Of a stretch of DNA of 64,000 nt, positions 17,961-27,296 are shown piece by piece. Both the position numbers and the translations under genes were made by a program. Source of the DNA: a virus; IMG/VR virus record IMGVR_UViG_3300020472_001862, positions 1-64,000 of that record. One strand, written 5' to 3'. Numbering within the stretch: the first letter of the stretch is position 1; every line of letters starts with the position of its first letter. The notes under the pieces are model-generated. The model did no database searches, was not told the origin of the DNA, and worked only from the letters and a program-made list of their open reading frames with translations.

Positions 17961-19231
17961 TGCAAAGGAATAAGTCTTATTGGGATAGCGGATATTTTAG
18001 ATTTGAAACATTAAATAAAATGCACATAGAACTTTCTAGTCTATGTAATTCTATATGTCCTAACTGCCCTCGATATTTTCAAAATAGCCCTAACGAAATA
18101 CCAGAGTTAATACCCCAATCTATATCAATTGAAAACTTTAAAAAATGGTTTCCACCTGAGACCTTAAAACAAATAACATATATGAATTTTTGTGGTAATC
18201 ATGGAGACCCGGTTACATGTAAAGATCTACTTCCTATATTAGAGTATTGTTTTACGTCTTTGCCTAAAAATGGTGGATTACAGATGCACACAAACGGAGG
18301 AATGAAGTCTGCTAAAGTGTGGAATAGAATAGGAGAATTGTTTGCACAAAGACCTGGATGGAAAATGATATTTAGTGTTGATGGTTTAGAAGATACAAAT
18401 CATATATACAGAAGGAATGTTAATTGGAAAAAATTAATAGAAAACATTAAGGAATATACTCAACATGGAGGGGACTCAGATTGGGAGTATTTAATCTTCA
18501 GACACAATGAACATCAAATAGACGAAGCAAAAAGAATGTCTAAAGAATTAGGAATAAAACAATTTGTCCAAAAAATTGCACATGGTTTGGATAACGGTGT
18601 AAATTATGCTACTATGCCTGCAATAGATAAGTCAGGAAAGACTGATTATCAAATTTATCCTCCAAGAGAAAAGAAGAACAAAGTTAATTATATAAAAGGC
18701 TCAGACGATAAAATTATAATAAAGGATAAATCGTTTGAGAAAGTAACTACCCCAAATAAAGATAATGAATTAGCATTTATAGCAGGCACAAGTGGCCTAG
18801 ATAGAATGTCCGCTCAGGAATTAGAGGAACTAGATAATACAGTTATACGACCTAGGTGTCATAGAGAAGTATTTGTATCAGCTGCTGGGTTTGTTACACC
18901 ATGTTGTTGGATTGGTTTGCTTGTTCCTTATATAGACCATGAAGATAAAACTTCTTTGTTCTTTGAGTGGCACCAGTTAAAAGAAAAGATGTTGGAGATA
19001 GGTTTAGATTTATTTAGTTTATATAACGATACATTAGAAAATATTTTAACTGAAAATAGATTAAATAAAGTTTATTCAGATGATTGGAATAAAACTACAG
19101 CATGTGGAAAATTACAAGCATGTACTAAGGTATGTGGAGCACCAAATGTTTTAGACGACACAATGTCTCACGAAGAAAACCCATACAAAAAGACAAGAAA
19201 GAGTACAGATCATAGGGAACACCTTGCATGA
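17960..19231 (+). CDS. radical SAM enzyme with C-terminal SPASM/Twitch domain (5 of 5)
   Basis: CNSICPNC, GNHGDP; C-terminal RC...PCCW...CTKVC. Confidence 0.9.
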   Translation: MQRNKSYWDSGYFRFETLNKMHIELSSLCNSICPNCPRYFQNSPNEIPELIPQSISIENFKKWFPPETLKQITYMNFCGNHGDPVTCKDLLPILEYCFTSLPKNGGLQMHTNGGMKSAKVWNRIGELFAQRPGWKMIFSVDGLEDTNHIYRRNVNWKKLIENIKEYTQHGGDSDWEYLIFRHNEHQIDEAKRMSKELGIKQFVQKIAHGLDNGVNYATMPAIDKSGKTDYQIYPPREKKNKVNYIKGSDDKIIIKDKSFEKVTTPNKDNELAFIAGTSGLDRMSAQELEELDNTVIRPRCHREVFVSAAGFVTPCCWIGLLVPYIDHEDKTSLFFEWHQLKEKMLEIGLDLFSLYNDTLENILTENRLNKVYSDDWNKTTACGKLQACTKVCGAPNVLDDTMSHEENPYKKTRKSTDHREHLA

Positions 19232-19791
19232 AGTTACAGCTTATAAATCCAAACTATCCTGTCTGGGAAGTTACTAATTTTAATCTACCTGAAATAGAAT
19301 TATCAGGCATTAAAACTTATGATCAACAATATACTTCTCAAACCTCACACTTAAGACAACAATGTAAGCCTGACACTAGACTTCACAACGCATTTTCTAC
19401 TGTTTGGAACGATCATACTAAAATTTTAGAAAAGTTTATTAGAAAGGAGATGAATGATATAGAAGAAGTTAGACAAATGTGGATGAAAACTTTATCTAAC
19501 TTTACTTACCCACCTTTCTCTGTGTCAGGAGAGTTTATACAAGACGAAGAAGGTTTTAATATGGCACCTCATGTAGATAACAGGGGTGTATTTGGTGTTT
19601 TAATTATTAACTTAAAAGACAACCCTTTATTATCCGGAACACACTTTACTACAATGAAATGGATGGGTCCTACAAAGAAACATACAGGTGTCTTTATGTT
19701 AAACAACTGGAATACCCAACATGGAATAAATAATCCAGGACCAGGTAATAGATTAATAGCTTATCAGAACTTACACATAGATTCAATATGA
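19228..19791 (+). CDS. 2OG-Fe(II) oxygenase
   Basis: MAPHVDN...GTHF...TQHGI...NR (HxD...H...R). Confidence 0.7.
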   Translation: MKLQLINPNYPVWEVTNFNLPEIELSGIKTYDQQYTSQTSHLRQQCKPDTRLHNAFSTVWNDHTKILEKFIRKEMNDIEEVRQMWMKTLSNFTYPPFSVSGEFIQDEEGFNMAPHVDNRGVFGVLIINLKDNPLLSGTHFTTMKWMGPTKKHTGVFMLNNWNTQHGINNPGPGNRLIAYQNLHIDSI

Positions 19792-20921
19792 AAATAGAAG
19801 TCGTAATAAAACCTAGTATAATGAAGAATGCTTCAATTATATGGGAACCTTCATTAAATTCCTTTGCAGATTGGTGGTGTTCAATGTATGTTGGTAGAGA
19901 GATGTATAAACAAAAATCTTTTACAGTTTTAGATAGTTATAAAAAACTTTATAATCATTGGGGCTCAATGGATGGCCACGAAGAATTAAAAAAACAAACA
20001 CAAAAAATTAGAAGAATAATTACAGAGATAAATGAATATATTGAGGACCCTAAAGATTATTTTCCTTTAAATCCTAAAGAGGTAAATATAAAATTAAATA
20101 ATAAAGGTAGACAACAACTTAATGAACTTCATCGTTACTTTGTTAGAATAGCCTATCCTACAACGGCATTTAATAAATCAAATATGTCGTATGCAGGCCC
20201 AAGACAAAAAGACAATAAAGGAATGGAGTGGTCGTTTAATTGGCACATGGATCGTCCAGATTATGTATTAGAAGAACCATTCAAAAAATACCCTGGAGAT
20301 TTTTACATAAATAGATTTGTTGCTAGAGATTTTATTGATAAAGTAGGAGAGTTAAATTATGGTTGTCATGATATAGAACCTTTCTTTTATGAAAAATCTA
20401 AGATAGCAAGAAACATGATACATCAACCAGGTCTTGTTGTACAACCTATTGTATCTCAAAAATGGAGAGAAAGGTGGTATAAAGTTCCTGAGGAATATTA
20501 TTCAGCAACGCGTGAGGATACAAAAAAAGATATGATCTTTTATGCTAAGAAAAGAGCAGACCTTAAGGACATACCTCCTTACTTTGAACACTTTCAGTCT
20601 TCTGATAAGCAATTTGATGTTTGGACACCACAAAATTGTGTATTAGGTAAAAGCACTTCAATAGCATATTGTGATGAAGACGACCCTACATCTTTTGATG
20701 TTAATAATGGACACCAAGTCAATTTTGCCTTTGAGTTTTCTGACAGAGAAGATAGAGACTATTTAAGAAAGATAGGGTATGGTGGCAAAAACCCTTATGG
20801 TTGGCCTTTAGGAAGAATAGTATCTGGAAGAGAACTGTTTGAAGAAATAAGGAGTAAGTATTTGTCTAGAGAAATTATGCACAACAAACAATTAGTAAAA
20901 GAGATAAAAGTATGGAAATAA
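19788..20921 (+). CDS. hypothetical protein, paralog of 2744..3865
   Basis: LNELHRYF, LNYGCHDIE, LGKST...DEDD. Confidence 0.65.
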   Translation: MKIEVVIKPSIMKNASIIWEPSLNSFADWWCSMYVGREMYKQKSFTVLDSYKKLYNHWGSMDGHEELKKQTQKIRRIITEINEYIEDPKDYFPLNPKEVNIKLNNKGRQQLNELHRYFVRIAYPTTAFNKSNMSYAGPRQKDNKGMEWSFNWHMDRPDYVLEEPFKKYPGDFYINRFVARDFIDKVGELNYGCHDIEPFFYEKSKIARNMIHQPGLVVQPIVSQKWRERWYKVPEEYYSATREDTKKDMIFYAKKRADLKDIPPYFEHFQSSDKQFDVWTPQNCVLGKSTSIAYCDEDDPTSFDVNNGHQVNFAFEFSDREDRDYLRKIGYGGKNPYGWPLGRIVSGRELFEEIRSKYLSREIMHNKQLVKEIKVWK

Positions 20922-21664
20922 AAACAGAACATTTTCAAGGCATGAGATCCTTGGAACCAACTGAAAATTTTAAACGAGCATTAGTTACAGGCTGTGGTAG
21001 TAAATTTGGAAAAGTTTTATTAGAACAATTAGCACCAAAATATGATGCAATAGATTTAATATCTTCTAAACAACAACACCAAGTAGAATTGCCCGAGAAT
21101 GTAAGAGTTCATCCTATAAATTGGCACGAAAGTATGGAATATTTTATACAGTATAAAATGCCAGACTATCATAAAGATGCTTATGATTTAATATTCTTTA
21201 ATCACAATAACAAACCTCACGGTTTTGGAATAGAGTCCTATTATAAAGATGTTTTATGGACACAAGAGATTGTTAATAAAGTAAAGAAAAATGCTAATAC
21301 AAAAATAGGTTGGATGATTACAGCAGGAATTGTTTCACCTCCCGATTGGTTCGAGTACTCTCCTTATTTCCACCAAAAACATTCTCGATTATATTTAATG
21401 TACTTTCTACAATATATGAATAACTGTAAATTCTTTGCAATAGATCCAGGAGAACCAGACGCTTTAACACCAGACGAAACATGGGAACAAGCAAGACACA
21501 TGGTTAAATTTATGGCGCATAAAAATGATATGGAACCTGCAACCTTATATAAAGCAATATATCATAACGGCAAAGTACAAGAGCCAGAATTTAATTGGAA
21601 GTTAGATTGGATAAGGCAAGAGGAACAAGATTATTATCCTGAGGACCCTTTTATATATGATTAA
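20912..21664 (+). CDS. SDR-like NAD(P)-binding protein
   Basis: ALVTGCGSKFGK Rossmann motif, DLIFFN, YxxxK (YFHQK), AIDPG. Confidence 0.65.
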   Translation: MEIKTEHFQGMRSLEPTENFKRALVTGCGSKFGKVLLEQLAPKYDAIDLISSKQQHQVELPENVRVHPINWHESMEYFIQYKMPDYHKDAYDLIFFNHNNKPHGFGIESYYKDVLWTQEIVNKVKKNANTKIGWMITAGIVSPPDWFEYSPYFHQKHSRLYLMYFLQYMNNCKFFAIDPGEPDALTPDETWEQARHMVKFMAHKNDMEPATLYKAIYHNGKVQEPEFNWKLDWIRQEEQDYYPEDPFIYD

Positions 21665-23060
21665 GTGGGGCATATCAGCATACAACCATAACGCAGCAAT
21701 ATCTGTTGTTAAAGATGATCAAATTCTTTTTGCATCTGAGTCTGAAAGATATAGTGGTATAAAGAACGATTCTAATATACCTGAGAATATGATTAAAGAA
21801 GTATTAGAGTATGGAGAGCCAGATCAAATACATTGGTATGAGAATCAACTATTAAAAAATATAAGAAGATTATACGCAGGACAAAAGTGGAAAAAACTAG
21901 ACATACATCCTTGGATAAAAAGAAAAAGGATTAGATATCATGGCCATCACGAAACACATGCAAGGGCAGGATTTTACACTAGCCCTTTTGATTCTGCTAC
22001 TGTTCTTGTTGTAGATGCTATAGGAGAGTTTAATACAACTTCTATATGGCACGCAACAAACAAACATCTTACTAAATTTTGGACAGAAAATTATCCTAAC
22101 TCTTTAGGTTTATTTTATAGTGCTATTACACATAGGGTTGGATTAAAACCTAACGAAGAAGAATATATTCTTATGGGTATGGCAGCATATGGAGACCCTT
22201 ACAAGTATTATAGTCATATGAAACCTTTATTGAAACAAAACTTACATAGAGGTTGCAGGAATTGGTTACCAGGAGTACAAGGACAACAAGACTCTTTTGA
22301 TATAGCAGCTTCGGCTCAATTAATTTATACAGAAGAGTTTGAAAAACTTGTTAGCTTGGCAAGCGCAACAAGCCCTAACAAAAATCTTGTTTTGATGGGA
22401 GGGTGTGCTTTAAATTGTGTTGCTAATTATATTGCACTAAAATATTTTGATAATGTTTGGATTATGCCAGCTCCTGGAGATGCTGGTTCATCATTAGGCG
22501 CAGCATTAGACAAAAAAGTAGAATGGAAAGGTCCTTATTTAGGACATAATATAGAAGGTGATTATCCTGTAACAGACATTATAAAAGAATTAAAGAAAGA
22601 CAGATTAATAGGAGTAGCAAATGGAAGAGCAGAGTTTGGCCCAAGGGCTTTTGGAAATAGAAGCTTGCTTGCAGACCCTCGAGGCTTACAAGTAAAAGAC
22701 AAAGTAAATGAAATAAAACGAAGGCAAAAGTTTAGACCTTTTGCTCCTGTTGTAATGGAGGAACATGCACATGAATTATTTGACATGCTTGTATCCTCAT
22801 CTCCTTATATGCAGTATGTTATTAGATGTAAAGAACCAACCAAGTATCCTGCAATAGTGCACAAAGATGGCACATCTAGGGTTCAAACTGTAAATAAGAA
22901 ACAACATTTAGGCCTTTATACGCTCTTATCTGAGTGGTATAAAGAAACAGGGTGTCCTATGTTACTTAATACAAGTCTAAACATCAAAGGCAAGCCTATG
23001 GTTAATACAATGGCAGATGCTAAAGAATTTGAAAGGACATACAATGTACGAGTGGCCTGA
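21657..23060 (+). CDS. carbamoyltransferase (NodU/CmcH/TobZ family)
   Basis: HHETHA, SLGLFY, MGMAAYG, GGCALNCVAN, PAPGDAG, GRAEFGPRAFGNRS, FRPFAP, LNTSLN. Confidence 0.95.
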   Translation: MIKWGISAYNHNAAISVVKDDQILFASESERYSGIKNDSNIPENMIKEVLEYGEPDQIHWYENQLLKNIRRLYAGQKWKKLDIHPWIKRKRIRYHGHHETHARAGFYTSPFDSATVLVVDAIGEFNTTSIWHATNKHLTKFWTENYPNSLGLFYSAITHRVGLKPNEEEYILMGMAAYGDPYKYYSHMKPLLKQNLHRGCRNWLPGVQGQQDSFDIAASAQLIYTEEFEKLVSLASATSPNKNLVLMGGCALNCVANYIALKYFDNVWIMPAPGDAGSSLGAALDKKVEWKGPYLGHNIEGDYPVTDIIKELKKDRLIGVANGRAEFGPRAFGNRSLLADPRGLQVKDKVNEIKRRQKFRPFAPVVMEEHAHELFDMLVSSSPYMQYVIRCKEPTKYPAIVHKDGTSRVQTVNKKQHLGLYTLLSEWYKETGCPMLLNTSLNIKGKPMVNTMADAKEFERTYNVRVA

Positions 23061-23967
23061 TTTGCCTGATGGGTATTATAGTTTTTGGGGAACAGAACCT
23101 CAAAGGCCTGATAGAATTTTAAAAGATCTAGAACAAAGAAGAAGGGTTATATTAAATCCTCAAAAGCCCAGGGTTTGGTTTTTTGGAGATAGCTTCGTAC
23201 AATGTCCAGATGATAATATATGGGAGCCTATATCAAAAGAATTTAATCCGGTACATAGGGGTGTAGGTGGTACAGGTGTAGAAGCAGTATGGGCACAATT
23301 ATCAATATGTAAAGATCATATACAGGCTGAAGATAGAGTAGTCATAGCATTTTCTCATCATGACAGAGAACTACTTAGAGATGGTATTAGAGGACAACCT
23401 CAATTTAGATATCGTTCAGATACACCACCTAAGGTTACAAATACTAGACAATACGCTCCTGTGGGTATACCTTATCGCTCTGATGAATATACAGATTTTG
23501 TAGATGATAAAATATGGACAGAGTATTTAGAAAATGTAAGATGGGAGTTATCCAATTTATTAAAAGTTCTGGCCATGGTAAATAATATTGTACATGATAT
23601 TATACCTTCGTTAAAAACACCTCATGTTGCACATTTTGCTTGTTTTGGATTACATGACCCACAAATACATTTACTAAGAAAATATAATTTTTCAGAAAAA
23701 AGAATAAGAGAATTAACACAACATTTACAGAATACTCCCCCTTTATGGGGTTTTGCACTAGAAAGATCTGGGTATCGTTGGGTAAGCGGAGAGGGTTGGG
23801 TTCATTTTAACCCGGAGGAATCAAAGAAACCTTGGGGAGAGCGAAAGGTGTCAACACATAGACACCCTTCTCCTAATCATTACTTAGATGAAGATGTAGT
23901 ACCCTTTTGGAATACCTATAAAGGTACTCTAGAAAAGCTATGTCTAGAACAACCTCTGTATAAATAA
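23044..23967 (+). CDS. SGNH/GDSL-like protein
   Basis: WFFGDSF, GVGGTG, C-terminal PNH; probable start ATG 23044. Confidence 0.55.
   Translation: MYEWPDLPDGYYSFWGTEPQRPDRILKDLEQRRRVILNPQKPRVWFFGDSFVQCPDDNIWEPISKEFNPVHRGVGGTGVEAVWAQLSICKDHIQAEDRVVIAFSHHDRELLRDGIRGQPQFRYRSDTPPKVTNTRQYAPVGIPYRSDEYTDFVDDKIWTEYLENVRWELSNLLKVLAMVNNIVHDIIPSLKTPHVAHFACFGLHDPQIHLLRKYNFSEKRIRELTQHLQNTPPLWGFALERSGYRWVSGEGWVHFNPEESKKPWGERKVSTHRHPSPNHYLDEDVVPFWNTYKGTLEKLCLEQPLYK
23959..23966 (+). promoter_or_regulatory. T4-type late promoter
   Basis: TATAAATA 5 nt before ATG 23972. Confidence 0.7.
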
Positions 23968-23971
23968 AAAT

Positions 23972-24265
23972 ATGAAGGGTAAGGTTATTAAGTTTCCGAG
24001 AAAAGAACCAAAACCTAAAATCATTAAAGGTTATAGGATGGCGTTCTATACTGAAGATGAAATAGATCTAGCTGTTCTATGCTTAAATACTTACGGTTGG
24101 AAAAGAATAGGCTACACAAGAGAGACATTAACTAAAGTAGACCCTTTGTACATAAAAGATTGCTTAATACGAGGTTATGGTTCAGATTTATTATCTTTCC
24201 CTGCCAGAAAACTTATAAATAAAATTATAGACGGAATGGAAGAAATAGCAGTGAGTGTAAAATAA
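23972..24265 (+). CDS. hypothetical protein
   Basis: 97-aa ORF with KVIKFP N-terminal motif. Confidence 0.7.
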   Translation: MKGKVIKFPRKEPKPKIIKGYRMAFYTEDEIDLAVLCLNTYGWKRIGYTRETLTKVDPLYIKDCLIRGYGSDLLSFPARKLINKIIDGMEEIAVSVK

Positions 24266-24267
24266 AT

Positions 24268-24606
24268 ATGCCAATATATAGTTTCGAGAATGACAAAGGT
24301 GAAACTTGGGACGAAATGATGTCCTGGGACGATCGCTGTATATACCTAAAAGAAAACCCCACAATCAAACAAATTATTACAGGTGCTCCTAATATTAACA
24401 AGGGTGGCACAGGTGATAGAACAAAACCTGATGGTGGATTCAAAGATGTATTATCTAGAGTAGCAGAAGCTAATCCTTATTCACCTATGGCAGATGACTT
24501 TGGAAAGAAAGATTCTAAATCTGTTAAACTTAGAAATACAGTTAAAGATGTTAAAAAACGAGTCGGCGGTTTAATGTCTGAATCTAAACCCGACAATTTA
24601 AAGTAA
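24268..24606 (+). CDS. FmdB-like regulatory protein as found upstream of phoH in T4-like phages (no Zn cysteines)
   Basis: MPIYSFEN..GE.W..MMSW...Y LKENP...GFKDVL. Confidence 0.6.
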   Translation: MPIYSFENDKGETWDEMMSWDDRCIYLKENPTIKQIITGAPNINKGGTGDRTKPDGGFKDVLSRVAEANPYSPMADDFGKKDSKSVKLRNTVKDVKKRVGGLMSESKPDNLK

Positions 24607-24686
24607 GGAGGTCTCATAGAAAATATTATATCATGTTAGGGTAACAATTCAGTTGCATAGACTTATAACTAACAGGAGAACAATTA

Positions 24687-25427
24687 ATGACTAGAAGAAA
24701 TCTTCAACTAGTTCAAGACAAAAAAATAAACGGCAGGAGATCAACTCCACTCAAAATACAACCACAGGATCTCGCAAGATTCGATCCAATCACTAATACA
24801 CAAAATTTATTCTGGCAAATGTACAAACGCAAAGATGCTTTGTTGTTGCATGGCTCTGCCGGAACAGGTAAAACTTTTATTGCATTATATAAGGCAATGG
24901 AAGATGTGATTAATAGAGGTGGTCCGTATAATAAATTAATCATAATTCGTTCAGCAGTTCCTTCAAGGGAAATAGGACACTTGCCGGGTGACTATGGAGA
25001 AAAGATAGATGTTTACTCCATACCTTATCAGAACATGATGGACGAACTATATCCACACAAGGAAAAACCTTATGACAGACTTATGGAACAAAAGAAATTA
25101 TACTTCATGTGCACCTCGTTCGTTAGAGGTATCACATTGGATAATTCTATCATCGTGGTAGACGAATGTCAGAATATGAATGACATGGAAATTAACAGTA
25201 TTATGACAAGAGTAGGCCACAATTCTAAGATCATCTTTTGTGGAGATTTTAGGCAAACAGACTTATATAAGAATAATGATAAATCTGGAATGAAGAAGTT
25301 CATACAAATAGCAGAGGATATGCCCTCATTTGGAACAGTAGAATTTGGTCCTGAGGACATTGTTCGTTCAGAACTCGTAAAAGAGTACATATTAGCAAGG
25401 GTAGATTACGAAGAAAAGAACGAATAA
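24687..25427 (+). CDS. phoH: PhoH family ATPase
   Basis: GSAGTGKT, IGHLPG, FVRGITL, VDECQN, TRVG, GDFRQTD, DIVRS. Confidence 0.95.
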   Translation: MTRRNLQLVQDKKINGRRSTPLKIQPQDLARFDPITNTQNLFWQMYKRKDALLLHGSAGTGKTFIALYKAMEDVINRGGPYNKLIIIRSAVPSREIGHLPGDYGEKIDVYSIPYQNMMDELYPHKEKPYDRLMEQKKLYFMCTSFVRGITLDNSIIVVDECQNMNDMEINSIMTRVGHNSKIIFCGDFRQTDLYKNNDKSGMKKFIQIAEDMPSFGTVEFGPEDIVRSELVKEYILARVDYEEKNE

Positions 25428-25432
25428 AGTGC

Positions 25433-25461
25433 TTGACTTTTGGTCCTAAAGAGTGCATAAT
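25433..25461 (+). promoter_or_regulatory. sigma70-type early promoter TTGACT-17-CATAAT
   Basis: TTGACT TTTGGTCCTAAAGAGTG CATAAT. Confidence 0.85.
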
Positions 25462-25467
25462 GTACGC

Positions 25468-25974
25468 ATGAAACAATTAGATAAAGCCATAAAATTCGCT
25501 ACAAAAGCACATGAAGGACAAACCAGAAAATACACTGGTGAGCCTTACATTGTACACCCTTTGGCAGTAATGGAAATCGTTAAAACTGTAGAACATACAG
25601 AAGAAATGCTTATGGCAGCAGTTTTACATGATACAGTCGAGGATTGTGATGTAACTTTAGATCAAATAGCATTCCATTTTGGACATGTTGTGGCTGATTT
25701 AGTAGAAGAATTAACTGATGTATCCAAACCTGAAGATGGCAACAGAGCTTTCAGAAAGGGGTTAGATAGAGAACACTCAGCACAAGCTTCTAGATCAGGA
25801 CAGACTATAAAAATAGCCGATTTATTGGATAACACTAAGTCTATAACCGAGCATGATGAACATTTTGCTAAGGTTTACATGAAAGAAAAGGCTTTATTGT
25901 TACAAATCCTTGATAAGGCTGATAAAATTCTTTTGAAAAAAGCACAGAAAAAGGTTGACAAATGGTTCAGTTGA
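25468..25974 (+). CDS. stand-alone HD-domain small alarmone hydrolase (SpoT/Mesh1-like); start revised to 25468
   Basis: AHEGQTRK, EPYIVHP, LHDTVED, IKIADLLDN. Confidence 0.85.
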   Translation: MKQLDKAIKFATKAHEGQTRKYTGEPYIVHPLAVMEIVKTVEHTEEMLMAAVLHDTVEDCDVTLDQIAFHFGHVVADLVEELTDVSKPEDGNRAFRKGLDREHSAQASRSGQTIKIADLLDNTKSITEHDEHFAKVYMKEKALLLQILDKADKILLKKAQKKVDKWFS

Positions 25975-26012
25975 GTGCATAATGTATGTATATTAAATAA
26001 AAAGTGAGGACT
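25955..26012 (+). promoter_or_regulatory. early promoter TTGACA-17-CATAAT plus leader and RBS
   Basis: 25973-26012 is identical over 40 bp to 63747-63786. Confidence 0.9.
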
Positions 26013-26019
26013 AAATAAT

Positions 26020-26382
26020 ATGAACGAAGAACTAAAAAACAAAATCCAAGGATTATGTAACGCTATTGAAGCACAACACTTCAAAGCATTCCCAAGTCTT
26101 AAAGACTATGGTGTAACCTTTAAAGCAGGTCGTAAATTTTGTAAAATTATTATTACTGACGGCAACGGCGGTAACAGATCTGTATGGGGTTTCATTAACT
26201 TAACACATGAAAAGTTCAACGAAGGCGATGTACTTAAAGCAGCCGGTTGGGCAGCTCCAGCTCTTAACAAAGCTAGAGGAAATGTTTTAAACGGTTACAG
26301 AGTAGGAGCTAGAGAACAATATGGTCCTGGTTACTTGTCTGGTTACTCAGCAGGTGGAACTAGAGACGGAGGTCTAGTTTAA
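26020..26382 (+). CDS. hypothetical early protein of a type common in phages
   Basis: GRKFCKI...SVWGF...GDVLKAAGWAAPA; GAGGA SD. Confidence 0.75.
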   Translation: MNEELKNKIQGLCNAIEAQHFKAFPSLKDYGVTFKAGRKFCKIIITDGNGGNRSVWGFINLTHEKFNEGDVLKAAGWAAPALNKARGNVLNGYRVGAREQYGPGYLSGYSAGGTRDGGLV

Positions 26383-26564
26383 TGGAAGATAGGGAACACG
26401 AATATCTAATGAGCGTCCAGGATGAACTGAGCGCTCATAATGACGCAGCCCAAGAAGCACATCACATGGAACAAGAAGAAGCCCAAGCAAAAGCAGAGGG
26501 TTTCTGTATCCATTGTGGTTCCGATTTAGATAACTGTACAGGATATAAATGCTGGATTAGATAA
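26382..26564 (+). CDS. small protein with C-terminal Cys cluster (CIHC...C...C)
   Basis: TAATG overlaps at both ends, GGAGG SD. Confidence 0.65.
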   Translation: MEDREHEYLMSVQDELSAHNDAAQEAHHMEQEEAQAKAEGFCIHCGSDLDNCTGYKCWIR

Positions 26565-27235
26565 TGTTCAAACACATACCGGTTGAAATAGATCAACTGA
26601 AAAGAAAAAATACAGAAAAAGGCAGGCGTTATCAAACGCCTTCCGGTGTTCTATATCCTTCTGTTACTACAATTCTATCTCATAAATCTAAGCCCTATAT
26701 TGATGCTTGGAAGAAAAAGATAGGTGAGGCAGAAGCCAATAAAATTTCATCTAGGGCTGCTAAGCGTGGCACTTCAATGCACAAATTAGTAGAGTATCAC
26801 TTATTAAATGAAACAAATCTACATGAGGAAGGTGTTCAATCTTTAGACATGTTAGATAAAGAAATGTATATGAATAATATGAAGCCTTTGTTATCTGATA
26901 TAGACAACATTAGAGCTTTAGAAGCAACTATGTATTCAGATCATTTACGCCTAGGAGGCCAAGCAGATTGTATTGCAGAATACAAAGGTAGACTTTCTGT
27001 TATAGATTTTAAGACATCCAACAAAAGAAAAACAAGATCTCAATGCTATAATTATTTCATACAATGTTCTGCCTATGCCATTATGTTTGAGGAAAGAACA
27101 GGTATTCCTGTAGATCAAACAGTAATATTAATGGCACAACAAGATGATGGTCCTGCTGTATTCACAGCAACAAGAGATGAGTTTGTACCCAAACTTCTTG
27201 ACGCAAGAGACGATTACGAAGTCTCACAACTCTAA
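26564..27235 (+). CDS. PD-(D/E)XK exonuclease (Cas4/MGME1-like, T4-like phage type)
   Basis: YPSVTTIL, RGTSMH, LE...GQADC...IDFKTS, QCSAYA. Confidence 0.9.
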   Translation: MFKHIPVEIDQLKRKNTEKGRRYQTPSGVLYPSVTTILSHKSKPYIDAWKKKIGEAEANKISSRAAKRGTSMHKLVEYHLLNETNLHEEGVQSLDMLDKEMYMNNMKPLLSDIDNIRALEATMYSDHLRLGGQADCIAEYKGRLSVIDFKTSNKRKTRSQCYNYFIQCSAYAIMFEERTGIPVDQTVILMAQQDDGPAVFTATRDEFVPKLLDARDDYEVSQL

Positions 27236-27240
27236 ATCCT

Positions 27241-27248
27241 TATAAATA
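27241..27248 (+). promoter_or_regulatory. T4-type late promoter
   Basis: TATAAATA; further copies at 27651 and 27701. Confidence 0.7.
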
Positions 27249-27296
27249 AAACGGTGACGATAAAAGTATAATAATAAATGTCATCGAGGAGTAAAG

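Noticed and set aside
25453-25467. Upstream starts given by the track (25453; also 1085, 27851, 28084, 29872, 33607, 43766, 62988)
   Set aside because: They fall inside promoters, terminators or upstream genes; downstream starts fit SD and overlap patterns better.
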